From assembly GCA_964016885.1 (NCBI GenBank), contig OZ024747.1, forward strand, positions 8,866,001 to 8,930,000: a stretch of DNA of 64,000 bases. Reading direction: 5' to 3'. Positions 1 to 14,679 of the stretch are shown piece after piece (the stretch's first letter is position 1; every line of letters begins with the position of its first letter). This DNA comes from Eledone cirrhosa (Eukaryota). The notes under the pieces were generated by a model that saw only the letters and a program-made list of their open reading frames with translations, made no database searches and was not told the DNA's origin. The position numbers and the translations under genes are program-made.

Positions 1-290
1 TTGGGTATATATATACACAATGTACACTATAGTTGGGTATATATATACACACACAATTATACATTATAGTTGGGTATAAAATATATATATATATATATAT
101 ATGTATACACAATGTACACTATAGTTGGGTATATTGGTGTGCATATATATATATATATATACACATACCTACATATACACACATATATATACATACATAT
201 ACACACATACATATATAGGCAATGTACATTATACTTATAAGAGTATTTCAGTTTATATATATATATATACACACACAATGTACACTATTC
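1..290. repeat. Compound (TA)n/(CA)n minisatellite
   Basis: Recurring ACACAATGTACACTATAGTTGGGTAT units separated by (TA)n. Confidence 0.85.
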
Positions 291-3200
291 TTTCCCAGTA
301 TAGATTCCTTGTTTGGCTAAAATTCTTCCACTGGGAGCCAAGAACTCTCCCACTGAGAATTACTAGACTAAATATAGTATTTGTTCCCCTACATACTGAG
401 TTAAAACTTCACGAGTTTGATAAATACAATGAAAATTAATATCCTGCTGTTGTTTCAAGTGCAAAGACATACTTTATACTTGATCCAGAGAAATAATTAT
501 CGTTGTTTTTATTAATGTTGTTTAGCAAACATATGATCAAATCCATTCTAGCCGTGACCATCTCACCATTTTAATACTAGGGACTGCATTATCTTATGTG
601 CCATTTCCTTATTGCCAACAGTAGTGATATTTAAAGGATATTTAGCTGTTATTTCTAGCAAGTCGAGCAACCACATACATGATCCTACATTGTTTTGTTA
701 TTGTTGTTTCATATTTCTTTCTGCATTAAAATTCCGCTTGTATCAACTCTTGATTTTCACTACGATGTTGATAAATTAATTAGCAATAATATACACAGGT
801 TAACAAATCCCTACTGACCCTATCCCCCCCCCCCACACACACAAAGACTGACCTTATCCGTCTGTAAAAAATTACCATTTTTTTTTGTCTTAAGTGGGAC
901 AATGCGTGTGTCAAAAAAAAAATGTTTTAATTGCTATTGCCTTTAGGAGTTAAAAAATATTTAACACAAATATTGTATATAATATCAATACATCACATCT
1001 ATTTTCACACAGAACTTCCATCAAAAAGAAAACTTTCGGTGATCGTTGCACAATGAATAAAATCTTAGTTTATTTTATTAACCCACAGTATTTAGCAAAG
1101 AATTTTGTTTTTATGTCCCACACGAAGATAATTGTGTGTTTTTTCTGTCTATTTATAGACTTTCTGATTACTAGGTTAATATTGAATACAGGTAGATGTT
1201 GCTTATACACAACTAACTATATTGAACGGCAATTTTGACAGTCAACTTACGTTGCTTTCCAAGAATTTTGAACACAGTTAAAGGTTTCTTTCTCCAATCT
1301 TTTCCCCTCGGTTTGTTTCTTGTTTAGTTTTTCCTGCAATTAACCAGTATCCAGCCATCAGCGGGAAACTGTTGTTACGTTAACCATATATATTTTCTCC
1401 ACAAATGCACAATAAAGGCTTGACGGTGAATTACGGTGTTTGTTCTGTCTTGAAATCTCGTCTGGAACGTTTCACGCCATTCCATTTTTCTAACTCTCAG
1501 AACAGTTTCTAATTATAAGAATTATGATAAAACATAACTTTGATTAAATTAAGCCGATATATATATATTTTTATTGCTAATAATTCTTACATTTCATTGA
1601 GTACATCACTCGTATTAAAATTTGGAACTGGAACTTCTAAACTAATGCTTATATATACCAAAGGCTCAATGAAGAGTAATTCAAATCAAACTCTCTAAAA
1701 TTATAGAAAATGTTTAGTCTGATACACATCTACACGAAAACATTTTAGCATATTATGCTTTCAATTAATATGGAAACTATTTTGAAGAATACAAATTAAA
1801 ATGAACACCGCTACCGGTTCATGGAATAGTTACAGTTTATTACTGATTTTTCCATTTAAAAAAAACGATACACGACTTTGCTTTTTGTTGATGAAAGTAT
1901 TTCTTATATTCTTTTACTTTGTGCAATCCGTGCCGACGTTTGCATCAAAGGAGACCGACCATCATTGTAGATGTAATTCTTTTTAAGTTCAAAATAAACA
2001 AAAATTGACCCACATGAACTAGATAATTAACGGGACTTAAGGTGAGTACAGTGCAGAGTTTATTCGTAATCTTAGGTATCTATTAAATCTGTTTTCTGTC
2101 TTTTTAAAAGAGAACCCACTCTGTAGTGAATTGTAACATATTTGTCGCCATCTTCGTAATTACAGAGTCGTCAAAACTAGTTGCTGACTTGGCACCATTT
2201 TCTGCCAACAGATGTGCTGACATGTTCTCACCTTATTTACACTGTCCTTAAAAAATTGGTATGTCCTTTAAAATCGATTTCCGACTGTCTAGCACGACTG
2301 GTCTGTTTATACACTAGTTACGCAGTTACTTCCATTCCTGGCTTTCCAGAATCAATTCCCTCGGTCACCAATTCTTCGTAGTATTATTGTCAACTCCATA
2401 TATACTTAAAATCGTATCCATTCAGTCATTCACAGCTAAAAAGTTAGTGTATATGACTATATAACTGGACACGAATCTTAAATAATAACCAGTTGATTTT
2501 GGTGACTTTTTCTAACTATTTCTGAAATATTTTTTTTTTAATTTACGACCATAAATTTCAACAAGTAGTGAACCAACTGACGCCAATTAACCAGCTCGAA
2601 AACAGCCATCTCTTTGAAATCAGAGTGGGGAGGACACGTTGGACGCTGTAGTTGTTGATATACTACATCTGAAGAAAAGAAAGGGATGTTCACAACTGGA
2701 ATGACTTCGATCATAGATTTACTCGATCAGGTTTGATCTGAGGGTTAAACTTTGAAATACTTTTTCAGAATTTCGTCGTTAGTGAAATTTTAAGTTTCTT
2801 CTTTACTAGGTATATTGAACAACTCATCTGGTCCTTGTGTTATTACTGGTAGTGTTAAATCGGATCAAACAGATCTGTAATTAAAAGTATTCCAGCTGTA
2901 ATCACCCCATATGTTTATGGCTATCTAGGACTATACTATCAAATGCGCTCTTTCTTATTCAAGACAATACTGTGTATTTGATTCGAGTGACCATGTAGAT
3001 GCTACCTCACGTTCTTTACATCGTTGTAATGACAATTTTGACATGGTCGTTTACTGTAAGGTGTAGCACTGTTTATCACCCACTCTCTTTTGAATTGCCT
3101 CAGTGTCACGAAGAGTTAGCAAAGTGTGAGATAGGCAATGGTAGATTAAAGGGACAGGCTGGGTTTCAGTGATGAGCCCACAATATTTAAAGGGCTCGAA

Positions 3201-4018
3201 ATTTGTTGTTTTTGTTCCATAAATAATACAAGATGAATCTCATGATAAAGGCAAGGCAAATATACCCAAATGTGTTGTTTATAAGTGTTAATTAGTGATG
3301 GTTGATTGCACTTCATTATTTTGAGGTAAGTGCCTTAGTGAAATGTTTAGTCAGAGGTATTGTCGGTAAACTGCTTGACTGGGTCATAAAAACTATTATA
3401 ATAGAAGGGGAAGGAGAGAGTGGAAAGGAAAAGAGATAATAAAGTACCATTCTGAAAGAATTTAGCTTTGTCCATTTTGCAGATGGCTGTTAAATCAAGC
3501 TTTTCATTTCTTTCTTCAAAATTACTTAAGATGTATTGGGTTTATTCCAGCTAGGAACATGAGGATCCCTATATTTTAGGAGACTGGGAAACTGGAGGAA
3601 ATATTTGGACAAGTTTTTCCATAGAAATAAAACAACTTTAAACTGGGATTGAAACCACTTTGTATTTTCTGCTTGTGGAAATTTACATTTTGCTGCCTTT
3701 TGCTCACTAAGTATTAATATCATCATTATCATCATAGCATGGGTTAGACAGGAGTTTTGAGACAGAGTTATATGGCTAATGTCAAACCTTTTAGTTGCAT
3801 CTGACACACAAGGATACAGTGTATTTATTTTAATAACTGAGATACAAATAAGTTATAATACTAATATACCAATACCCCCTCCCCCTATTAAAAATTGACC
3901 ATATGCTTATTTTTAAAAATGCCTATTCTTTTTTTGTTTCATCTTTATTGTTTGTTTTTTTTTGTTTGTTTTTTCAGAATTAAATTGCTGATCTCTACTG
4001 TCAATGTTGAGTTGAATT

Positions 4019-5467
4019 ATGGTTGATTCTTTATTCAAAGATTCATATAAATATTCTGTTGAGCTCAATGACTGTGATACAAAGAAAACCAACAAAGACA
4101 GCACCAAATGTAAACTGTTTGACTGTGATATCTGTGGCAAATCTTTCTTTCGCAATAAGAACTTGAAACAACATCGCAAGACCCATACAAATGTGAAACG
4201 TTTTCACTGTGATATATGTAGTAAAAAGTTTTTCACTAATTCCCACTTGAAACGGCATTACAGGATACACACAGGTGAACGACCATACAAATGTGCCGTC
4301 TGTAAAAAAGCCTTTACACAGAATAATGATTTAAAAAGCCATTTTCGCATCCATACTGGAGAAAGGCCTTTCAAATGTGAAACCTGCAATGAGTCTTTCA
4401 GTGAAAGTGGATCACTGCGGAAGCACATAAAAATTCATACAGGAGAAAAATCCTTTGAATGTAACATTTGTGGACGATGTTTTATCCAAAGCAGTCAGCT
4501 AAGACAACATATTCTCACTCATACTGGTGAAAAACCCTTCCAGTGTCAGATCTGCAGCAGGAATTTTGCCCAAAATAGCGCTTTGAAAAGACACTATAGG
4601 GTGCATACTGGAGAAAAACCATTTCCATGTAGTTTTTGTCCTGCATCTTTTACACGGAGTTGCTTCTTGAAAAAACACTTAATGCGGCATAAAGAGACTA
4701 AATCGTTTGAGTGTGATATTTGCCAGGAAATGTTTTTAAGGGAAGATGACCTGCTGTCTCACTGGCAAATGCATTTTGAAGAAAATATTTTTGAAGAGGA
4801 AACTCCTGAAAATACTTGTACTGAAATGATTTATATAAATGAAGACAGTGAAATCTACCTTGATAAAAATCCTGTACCTGTTGCTTTACATATAAATACT
4901 TTTGCTTTTGATAATCTTATTGGGTATCACAATAAAATGAAAGAGGATAAGCCTTTTAGCTGTGATATATGTAGCAAGGGTTTTACAACAAAAGCGCACC
5001 TTAAACGACACAACATGATTCATACAGGAGTAAAACCACACAAGTGTTCTCTGTGTGAAAAGTCCTTTGCACAACGTAGTGAACTTAAAAGCCATTATAG
5101 GACACATACTGGAGAGAAACCTTACAAGTGTGAGATCTGTGAAGAGTGTTTCAGTGAGAAAGGTTCATTAGGGAAACACATGAGAATTCACACAGGGGAG
5201 AAGTCATTTAAATGTAACATCTGCAGCCGACGTTTCACCCAGAGTGGTCACCTACATCAGCACCTTTTGATTCACACTGGAGAGAAACCTTTCAAGTGTG
5301 AGACATGTGGTAAGCCATTTGCAAAAAATAGTGCATTAAAAAGACATTATACTGTCCATACTGGTGAGAAACCTTTCCCATGTACAGTATGTGGGGAAGC
5401 CTTCAGTCAGAGTTGCCACATGAAAAAACACCTATTAAAACATCACCTTAGTGAAACACTACAGTAA
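4019..5467 (+). CDS. C2H2 zinc-finger protein, 14 fingers in two arrays (8+6) separated by an acidic spacer
   Basis: Intact 482-aa ORF with CxxC-x12-HxxxH repeats and TGEKP/TGERP linkers. A splice-acceptor-like T-tract+CAG ends at 3977, and an in-frame TGA at 3989-3991 supports ATG 4019 as the start. AATAAA lies near 5594. Confidence 0.95.
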   Translation: MVDSLFKDSYKYSVELNDCDTKKTNKDSTKCKLFDCDICGKSFFRNKNLKQHRKTHTNVKRFHCDICSKKFFTNSHLKRHYRIHTGERPYKCAVCKKAFTQNNDLKSHFRIHTGERPFKCETCNESFSESGSLRKHIKIHTGEKSFECNICGRCFIQSSQLRQHILTHTGEKPFQCQICSRNFAQNSALKRHYRVHTGEKPFPCSFCPASFTRSCFLKKHLMRHKETKSFECDICQEMFLREDDLLSHWQMHFEENIFEEETPENTCTEMIYINEDSEIYLDKNPVPVALHINTFAFDNLIGYHNKMKEDKPFSCDICSKGFTTKAHLKRHNMIHTGVKPHKCSLCEKSFAQRSELKSHYRTHTGEKPYKCEICEECFSEKGSLGKHMRIHTGEKSFKCNICSRRFTQSGHLHQHLLIHTGEKPFKCETCGKPFAKNSALKRHYTVHTGEKPFPCTVCGEAFSQSCHMKKHLLKHHLSETLQ

Positions 5468-6310
5468 CACAGTCATAAAATATATAAATATCTGCTAAAT
5501 CTGTTTTGTTTTTTTCTCCCCTCCCCCCCCCCCCCCCCCCCCGTCCCTACCTACAAATAGTATTTTGATATTCCACTGATGTATTTTGCTAAAAATAAAA
5601 GTTATAGATTCAGTATTCAATTTGGTTTTATATCCAGCTATAGAAGAAATTTCAAGTGTGACAGCACCAGTACTGAAATACTGCTCCAGAATAAATAAAA
5701 TTTGTGCAAATAAGTGGACACTTGTATGTGGATGTTATTATTGACAGCTGTGTAGTTCTCAACATAAGTAGAGGTAGAGTTAACAACATGGGTAATTTAT
5801 TTTAAGATGGAAAAAAAATGACAAAGACAAACCAAGTATATTATTGTTGATGACAAAACTGGGTATTTTCATTGAAATAAGCTTTGGCAGTGAACACTTA
5901 ATGGTAACTATTTTCAACATAACATATAACTTATAGTTGAGTTTGTAGGAATTGAAATCTAGATTAAATGCTACTGATTGGATCAGTTATATTTTTTAGC
6001 ATCATTTTAATACTGAGCCACCATCTTGGAATGTTTCAATCTTATCACTTAATTGGCTTCCCTGCAAGAATTATCACATCTATTATGCTTGTCCCATGAT
6101 CAGTACTTGCAACATGTATACTAACTACTAAAGTTAGTATTTAGGTTTTTTTGTTTTATAAAAAAAAAGAAAGATAGAAACCACATTTAACTTTATCAAA
6201 AGCCATATAGTTTCATCAGCACATATTCCTTAATTACCAGAGAACAGTTCTACTATTTAGAATTAGTAAAATGTTGGATGTCAGGCTGGAATTGAACTTA
6301 ATAATTTTAA

Positions 6311-6530
6311 CCCTTTTGTTGCCATATTTCTATTATTTTCAAATCATTTGGAAATGATCAAGAATTTGGAGGGATTTAGTGATATAACTAACTTTTGCAT
6401 TATTAAGCTGGTATTTGGAACATAAAGGTCCTTACATAAAATTACTATGGAAAGGTTTTAGGTAAATATAAACACACTCAAATAAACAGCTTAGTATCAT
6501 TGATCCAGGGGCAGTTTGATATCAAAAGGG
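6311..6530. mobile_element. piggyBac-like MITE with TTAA target duplication
   Basis: TTAA|CCCTTTTG ... CAAAAGGG|TTAA, with related copies at 28844-29077 and about 36220-37920. Confidence 0.75.
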
Positions 6531-7304
6531 TTAATTTATTAAACCCAGCACTGGGCCACTATATAACTATAGAAGACAAAGGTCACTGCTTTTTCTTACC
6601 CACAGCTGAAGTGAAAATGCTACACACACTCTCTGACAAACAAATCAAAAACTGTTAGATTCTGCATCCTTTGCAGTAATTCAACTTACCAAACTCCCCT
6701 ACAAATAGCGACCTCAGTTTGCTTTGTTTGGAGAAAGGCAAGCTGTAGTGTCCCATAATTAGAGGACTGTATGTCAGTTTGAGAGATTATAATATAGAAA
6801 TTCTATAACATGGATTGATTTTCTGAAACTTACTGTAAAACACCATGTTCAAAACAGCAGATATTAAACATTTGTTTGGAACATTTAAACAGAAAATGCC
6901 CAATACAAGTATTTATGTAATTTAGCTATTGTTTACTATCTAGTGGAAAGCATGTAGCCTAGTGGCTAGGTTGTTGGACTCATGGCCATAAGGTCATATG
7001 ATAAACCCCTGATAAGTGCTGTATCCGTGAGCAAGGTGTTTTATTTCACATTGTTCCAGCTCACACAGCTGAAAAAACAACTATGCTCTGACTGGTGTCT
7101 TGTCCAAAGGGGTAATCTTGTACACTTAGTTTCTAAATCCTACAGGAAACCAGGATAAACTCTGGCCTGATGAGCTTCCAGGCTGGGGAAAGGCTAATTT
7201 TTTTAATGAACTTCAATACTATCTAGTACCCTTTACCATCAAATGTTCAAGCATTTGATTGATAGTTTAGTTTCTTATTGCAATGTGCATTTCTTAGTCT
7301 TAAA

Positions 7305-7600
7305 GTGAAGGTGCATAGTGGCTTGGGTGTTCAGCTCAGTCATAATGTCGAAAGTTCGAATTCCGTCGGCTTATTGTGTCCTTGTGTAAGACACTTTATT
7401 TTGTTGCTTCGGTCATCTCAGCTGGAAAAAAATGGATTGTACCCGTAATTCAAAGGGTCACAATTCTCACACCGTGTTACGCCGAATCTCCCTGAGAACT
7501 ACGTTAAGGGTACACATGTCTGTGGAATGCTCAGCCACTTACACGTTAATTTCATGTTCGAAGAATTGGAACTCCTATCGTCGTAACTGAACCAGATCCA
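7305..7600 (+). mobile_element. tRNA-derived SINE (family A)
   Basis: Box A/B-like head (..TAGTGG.., GTTCGAATTCC) followed by GTGTCCTTG..AAGACACTTTATTT and a CTCCCTGAGAACTACGTTAAGGGTACAC body shared with other copies. Confidence 0.75.
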
Positions 7601-8490
7601 ACAACTTACCTTTATATCATTGATGGCAAAGTATTCATACTTAAACTAACATTGATCGTTTAAACATAAAATGCATTAAAGTTGTCTGGTGCAAATGATG
7701 GCTGTATGTTAATAGCTGTTTCACTTTCCATCTAGAACTGCTGCATACACACGAGTGAAGGCGCGCATACACACGCACACATAGACACAAGATTCACACA
7801 CAAGCAAGAGAAGTTTATTAAAAGCAAAATAACGAAAACTATAGACTAAGCAATGGATTGAGAATAAACGCGGTATTCATAGATAAATGATAGGAGAATA
7901 TGCATACAAATGATTATGTTTGCAGAAAGTTTCGTTCAGAAAAAAAAAAAAGTAGAGAGTAATCTAATTAAAATTCTTAAAACTTTTTGAGAAAAGGATA
8001 GAGAGAAGAATCTAACATGGAAAACGTCCAGACGCGATCCACTTCCATTTTAGCAGACAAGAAAAAAAGAAAAGAAAAGAAAGTGAGAGGCGTTGTATGT
8101 AAGGGAGATAACTCTGATTGCTGAGAGGGTGCGCCGGGTGTCAGGATGACGAACTTATAATTTCACTGACTTTTAAACTTTAACCAACTTTCTTATTTAT
8201 TTTTCTATCGTTGTTAATTTATTTCTGTTTCTGACCAAACACATACAGAGACATTATATTTACGCATATATATATATATTCTATCGGAATCAAATACTTC
8301 AGGTAAAAAAAATAAGGAAACTTTTTTTCTTTTATTTAAAAATTTATAATAATCTTTCTCGAGTGTGTGAAGTGAAAAACGAACTAACAAAAAACAAACA
8401 AACTCAGAAGAATGAACAGGAAGGAAACTTGCGGAAAATGACCGACTTAAGGTAACAACCTACTTCCGTAGATTCCATAACTTTATTGTA

Positions 8491-8526
<36 letters not shown>

Positions 8527-9236
8527 AGCATAATCAAATCGTTTGTCATATAAAAAAAGCAGAAGAAAATATATACTTACCTTTAAAGATAACTTTTTGT
8601 AAAGAATAACTTTCAGCGTTATTAATTCTTCGTTAGTTATTATTATATAAAGAACAACTTCGTAAAAAAAAGTTTCATGTTTAGCAGTAACACAATATCA
8701 TTAAACATTAACGTTGAACATTTATTTATTTATTTCTTCTTTTTTTGTCTTGTTTTATTTTAGTTTCTCTTATTTTTATTAGATCTTTTTTTTAATATAA
8801 TTTATTTATTTATAATATGTATAAATTTGATTTGCTGTTTTGTTTTCAAATCGAATAGATGCGGATATTTTTTTTCTTCTTCTAAGGTTTCGCTTATGAC
8901 CACGTAGCTTTCCTCTCGTTTAATGTCTTCTGGATTATATTTAATGACGGAATCAGTATTCTAGAGAATGGTAAGTACGATGTTTTATATATTTATATAA
9001 AAAGAAATTGTTATCTTATCATGGTGACAGCCGATCGGAGTTTGTTTGTGTAATTTCTGGCGAATGTCCTTGTAAAATATAAGCCAAAAAACACCTCCAT
9101 AGTTTTCTGAAGTTTTCGCTGACAGCTAAAACTTGGTTCTATGTATGTAGTTGTTCTGATAGATATAGAAAGAAGTGTGTCCTGTTTGAAAACTTATTTA
9201 TATTGATGTGTGTCTTATATGTAGTTACTCTTGTCT

Positions 9237-9289
<53 letters not shown>

Positions 9290-9749
9290 AAATGCATGGT
9301 TTGTCCGTCTGCTAGTAACAGGAGACAGTTGATATGAGTATACCAGGTTCAAAACCGGGGTGTGGGAAGTGTTGATTTAAAGTACAATGACAGACATTTG
9401 ACCAATTGTACAGTTTGATCCATCCTTACACCTTTTTCGTTAATGAACTTCGTCTCATCCCACTTTTGTTCTCTCTTCCTCTTTATTATTTTAATCTTTT
9501 TTTTTTAAATTCTTTCATTTTATACGTCAGTTCAACAATAAGTTCATTAGGGTGTGTATCGACCAACTTATGTGGAAAGTAACTAATGCATTAAAAGAAC
9601 TTTTAACAATAACAACAAAAGTAATCTTCCCATATAACTTTTAATATTTCAAGAATATTCTTTACAAACAGAAACAAAACCCCCCAAAAAATAGTTGAAA
9701 AATTTCTAAACAATTTTTTCAAACAAAACTTACGATGATTCTTTTCAAT

Positions 9750-9925
9750 ATTGGCACAAGACCAGAAGCTTGGGTGGGGAAGAGTCGACTATATCAACGG
9801 CAGTACTTAACTGCTCCTTTATTTTATCGACCCCGGAAGAATTAAAGGTAAAGTTGGATTCAGCGGGATTTGAACTCAGAACGTAGAAAGTTGTTACTAA
9901 ATATCGTAAAGCATTTTGTCTGACT
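9750..9925 (-). mobile_element. SINE family B (Nin/Deu-like central domain)
   Basis: The minus strand reads GTTCTGAGTTCAAATCCCGC...CCTTTAATTCTTCCGGGGTCGATAAAATAAA...CTTGTGCCAA. Many related copies at about 15685-15860, 18880-19130, 23640-23800, 26845-27045, 29915-29990, 33520-33625 and 37010-37220. Confidence 0.65.
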
Positions 9926-11561
9926 ATAATAATCAATACACATTATATTTCAGAAATTTCCAGTCCAAATAAGTTTTATATCCTTGGACTATATTTGATT
10001 TGCCGTATTGTGTTTGTAAAACAAATATGAAAGATAATTACTTTCTTTTGACTAAATACCGGATTTTGTAGTGAATATTTTAACGGCAGTCAACCCCTGC
10101 TTGTGCGTTAAGTTTATATTTTGTGTCAAATGCTTCATGTGCTTACATGGTAAATGATAGTTAAAATACTTAAAAGATTCATAAAATGTTTAAAAATAGC
10201 CATTACAAATGCTCCTCAGACTCTCAGAGAATATCAAACACTGGGTCATGACATATGCCTCGAAGATTTGGTCAGTTCTAACATTTACTTCAAATAAACC
10301 CTGTGACTTTGACTGACTGACTTTCCTTTTTATGCTAGTTGTTATTGAGACCTCTGGCGTCCTCAGTTCATGGACAGTAAAACAGATGAGTGGAAAATGT
10401 CTAAATATCAGGCATCGACTGACCATTTACTTTTGTGCCAGTCACCATCAAGACTTCCGATCACTTCAGTTGTTGGACAGTTGTTTTCCTCCGAAATCAG
10501 GGGTTGGGAGCTCATCTCATATAAGGAAGGAGACCTGTGAGGTGGAATGGTTGATGCAGCAGATATCACCAGCTGTTCTCCACTGCAGTGCTGTCACTAT
10601 CTGAGATATACTGCTCAACCAAAGAGTTTGTCCTTCATCCATTTTTTATTTATTTACTCCCCACACATTTTTATCTTCCTGTTAAGAAATATATACAACC
10701 AAATATGAAATTTTGACTGACTAAAATATTCTTTACTTGTACTGCTAGACATTTTGTTTGTTAAACATTGTTTTGTTAGATTTTAATTTCTTTCATATTT
10801 GATCAGTTGGCTATTTCTGTATTTACCCCCCCCCCCCAAAAAAAAAACAACAACAACAACAACAACCAACAAACATTCATATTGCTACCAGTTCCAAGTC
10901 AGTAGCAAACAGCAGCTTAGAAATCGCTTTTCCTTATATTCAGACTCTAGGCATTTGCTATATATATTATATATATATACACACAAAGTGATTTGTAGAA
11001 ATGTTATCTCAATACCAGACATACAGTTATCCAGGGTTTAAAAAAAAAAATTTCAGATTAAAATGCCAGACGTACCATTTATCCAGGATTTAAAGAAACA
11101 TTATCTCAAAACTGATATGACCATTACCCACAGTATCTTTGAAAGTAGAGTGAAATGATTTAAAGGACTGTTATATCAATACTTACATGACATTAGCTAC
11201 TATTTACTTGAAAAAGGCAAGGGGGAAACGATTTAAAGAAACATTACTTTAATACTGAGGATTGCGTTTTCTCATGTTCCTTTGAAAATAGTGTAAAGTG
11301 ATTTGAAGAAATGTCATTTCACGACTAGGCATATCGTTATTCAGGAGTTAAAGAAACATTTCAAAACTGGATGTGTTGCGACTCACTATCTCTTAGAAAG
11401 TAAAGGGAAATGACAATCTGAATAGATTAGACTAACATTGAGTTTCATTGACATTAATTTATTTCTACTCATTATTACTTGTTTTTTGTTGATTTTTTTT
11501 TTTTTTTTTGTAAACTACATCTTTAATTCTTCTCTTTTTTTTTTTATTCAATAGAGTATCC

Positions 11562-12440
11562 ATGATGGAAGAACCACCAGAATTACAAATTATTTTCAAA
11601 GCTGATCCTTTACTGAAAACCCAACTCTTACAATCAACCAAAACAGCCTCTGTGAAAAGATCCCATGTCTGTGATATTTGTGGGAAGACATTTTCCCAGA
11701 AGAACACTCTAGTTTTACACATTAGGACACACACTGGTGATAGGCCTTATCACTGTCAAGTGTGTGGTAGAGGTTTCTCAGCTAGCTGCTCCTTGAAAAA
11801 GCATGTAAGGATTCATACAGGAGAAAAACCTTATGAGTGCAATGATTGTGGTAAATGCTTTTCCCAGAACAGCCATTTGATCCTTCATATGAGAACACAC
11901 ACAGGAGACAGGCCTTACAAGTGCAATCTCTGTGAAAAACGGTTTTCCTACAGCAGTTCTTTCAAGAAACATATGAGAATACACACAGGTGAGAAACCTT
12001 TCCGGTGTGAAGTCTGTCAAAAGAGTCTGTCTGACAACAGTGCCCTGAAACAGCATATCAAAACCCACACAGGTGAGAAACCATACCAGTGTGAAGACTG
12101 TGGCAAGAGCTTCTCATTGAGTATTGACTTGATCAGACACATTCGCACTCATACCAAAGAGACGCCGTATCACTGCGAGGTGTGTACAAGGAGTTTCTCT
12201 GTCAATAGCAACCTCAGACAACATATGCGAACACACACAGGAGAGACACCCTACCCCTGTGATATCTGTGGCAAGCGATTCTCTCGCAATAGTACACTAG
12301 TCCGCCATATCAAAACACACACAGGTGACAGACCATACACTTGTGAAATCTGCCAGAAGAATTTCTCTCAGAACAGCCATCTTATCCGGCACCTGAAGAT
12401 TCACGGGATCACTCCTGTGGCTATTGATAAAACAGTTTGA
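11562..12440 (+). CDS. C2H2 zinc-finger protein, 9 tandem fingers
   Basis: Intact 292-aa ORF with TGDRP/TGEKP/TGETP linkers. A polypyrimidine tract + AG at about 11554 lies just before the ATG. Confidence 0.95.
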   Translation: MMEEPPELQIIFKADPLLKTQLLQSTKTASVKRSHVCDICGKTFSQKNTLVLHIRTHTGDRPYHCQVCGRGFSASCSLKKHVRIHTGEKPYECNDCGKCFSQNSHLILHMRTHTGDRPYKCNLCEKRFSYSSSFKKHMRIHTGEKPFRCEVCQKSLSDNSALKQHIKTHTGEKPYQCEDCGKSFSLSIDLIRHIRTHTKETPYHCEVCTRSFSVNSNLRQHMRTHTGETPYPCDICGKRFSRNSTLVRHIKTHTGDRPYTCEICQKNFSQNSHLIRHLKIHGITPVAIDKTV

Positions 12441-14609
12441 TATATATATAGTATATGTATATGTACATATATGTATATAGTTGTATATGTACATATATGT
12501 ATATAGTTGTATATGTACATATATGTATATAGTTGTATATGTACATATATGTATATAGTTGTATATGTACATATATGTATATAGTATTTGTATATGTACA
12601 TATATGTATATAGTATTTGTATATGTACATATATGTATATAGTTGTATATGTACATATATGTATATAGTATTTGTATATGTATATAGTATATGTATATAA
12701 TATATGTATATAATATATGTATATGTATATATATGTATATAGTTGTATATGTATATATATGTATATAGTTGTATATGTACATATATGTATATAGTATTTG
12801 TATATGTATATATATGTATATAATATATGTATATAATATATGTATATGTACATATATGTATATAGTATTTGTATATGTATATATATGTATATAATATATG
12901 TATATGTACATATATGTATATGTACATATATGTATATAGTATATGTATATGTACATATATGTATATAATATATGTATATAATATATGTATATGTACATAT
13001 ATGTATATAGTATTTGTATATAATATATGTATATGTACATATATGTATATAATATATGTATATGTACATATATGTATATAATATATGTATATGTACATAT
13101 ATGTATATAATATATGTATATGTACATATATGTATATAATATATGTATATGTACATATATGTATATAATATATGTATATGTACATATATGTATATAATAT
13201 TTGTATATGTATATATATGTATATAGTATTTGTATATGTACATATATGTATATAATATTTGTATATGTATATATATGTATATAGTATTTGTATATGTACA
13301 TATATGTATATAATATTTGTATATGTATATATATGTATATAGTATTTGTATATATATATATGTATATAGTATTTGTATATGTACATATATGTATATAGTA
13401 TTTGTATATAATATATGTATATGTACATATATGTATATAATATATGTATATGTACATATATGTATATAATATATGTATATGTACATATATGTATATAATA
13501 TATGTATATGTACATATATGTATATAATATATGTATATGTACATATATGTATATAATATATGTATATGTACATATATGTATATAATATATGTATATGTAC
13601 ATATATGTATATAATATATGTATATGTACATATATGTATATAATATATGTATATGTACATATATGTATATAGTATTTGTATATGTACATATATGTATATA
13701 ATATTTGTATATGTATATAATATTTGTATATGTATATATATGTATATAGTATTTGTATATGTACATATATGTATATAATATTTGTATATGTATATATATG
13801 TATATAGTATTTGTATATGTACATATATGTATATAATATATGTATATGTACATATATGTATATAATATATGTATATGTACATATATGTATATAGTATTTG
13901 TATATGTACATATATGTATATAATATATGTATATGTACATATATGTATATAATATATGTATATGTATATAGTATATGTATATGTACATATATGTATAAAA
14001 TATATGTATATGTACATATATGTATATAATATATGTATATGTACATATATGTATATAGTATTTGTATATGTACATATATGTATATAATATTTGTATATGT
14101 ATATATATGTATATAATATTTGTATATGTATATAATATATGTATATGTACATATATGTATATAATATATGTATATGTACATATATGTATATAGTATTTGT
14201 ATATGTACATATATGTATATGTACATATATGTATATAATATATGTATATGTACATATATGTATATAATATATGTATATGTACATATATGTATATAGTATA
14301 TGTATATGTACATATATGTATATAGTATTTGTATATGTACATATATGTATATAGTATTTGTATATGTACATATATGTATATAGTATTTATATTTATACAT
14401 ATATGTATGTATATAGTATTTATATTTATACATATATGTATATAGTATTTATATTTATACATATATGTATATAGTATTTATATTTATACATATATGTATA
14501 TAGTATTTGTATTTATACATATATGTATATAGTATTTGTATATGTACATATATGTATATAGTATTTGTATATATATATATATAGTATTTGTGTATATATA
14601 TATATATAT

Positions 14610-14679
<70 letters not shown>

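Noticed and set aside
5515-5545. Poly-C tract after the gene 1 stop as a functional G-quadruplex
   Set aside because: A simple homopolymer with several similar runs elsewhere in the window and no supporting evidence.
12297-14462. Long 650-720-aa minus-strand ORFs rich in Y/I/H/T
   Set aside because: Translations of the AT minisatellite, open in several frames because the unit lacks stop codons.
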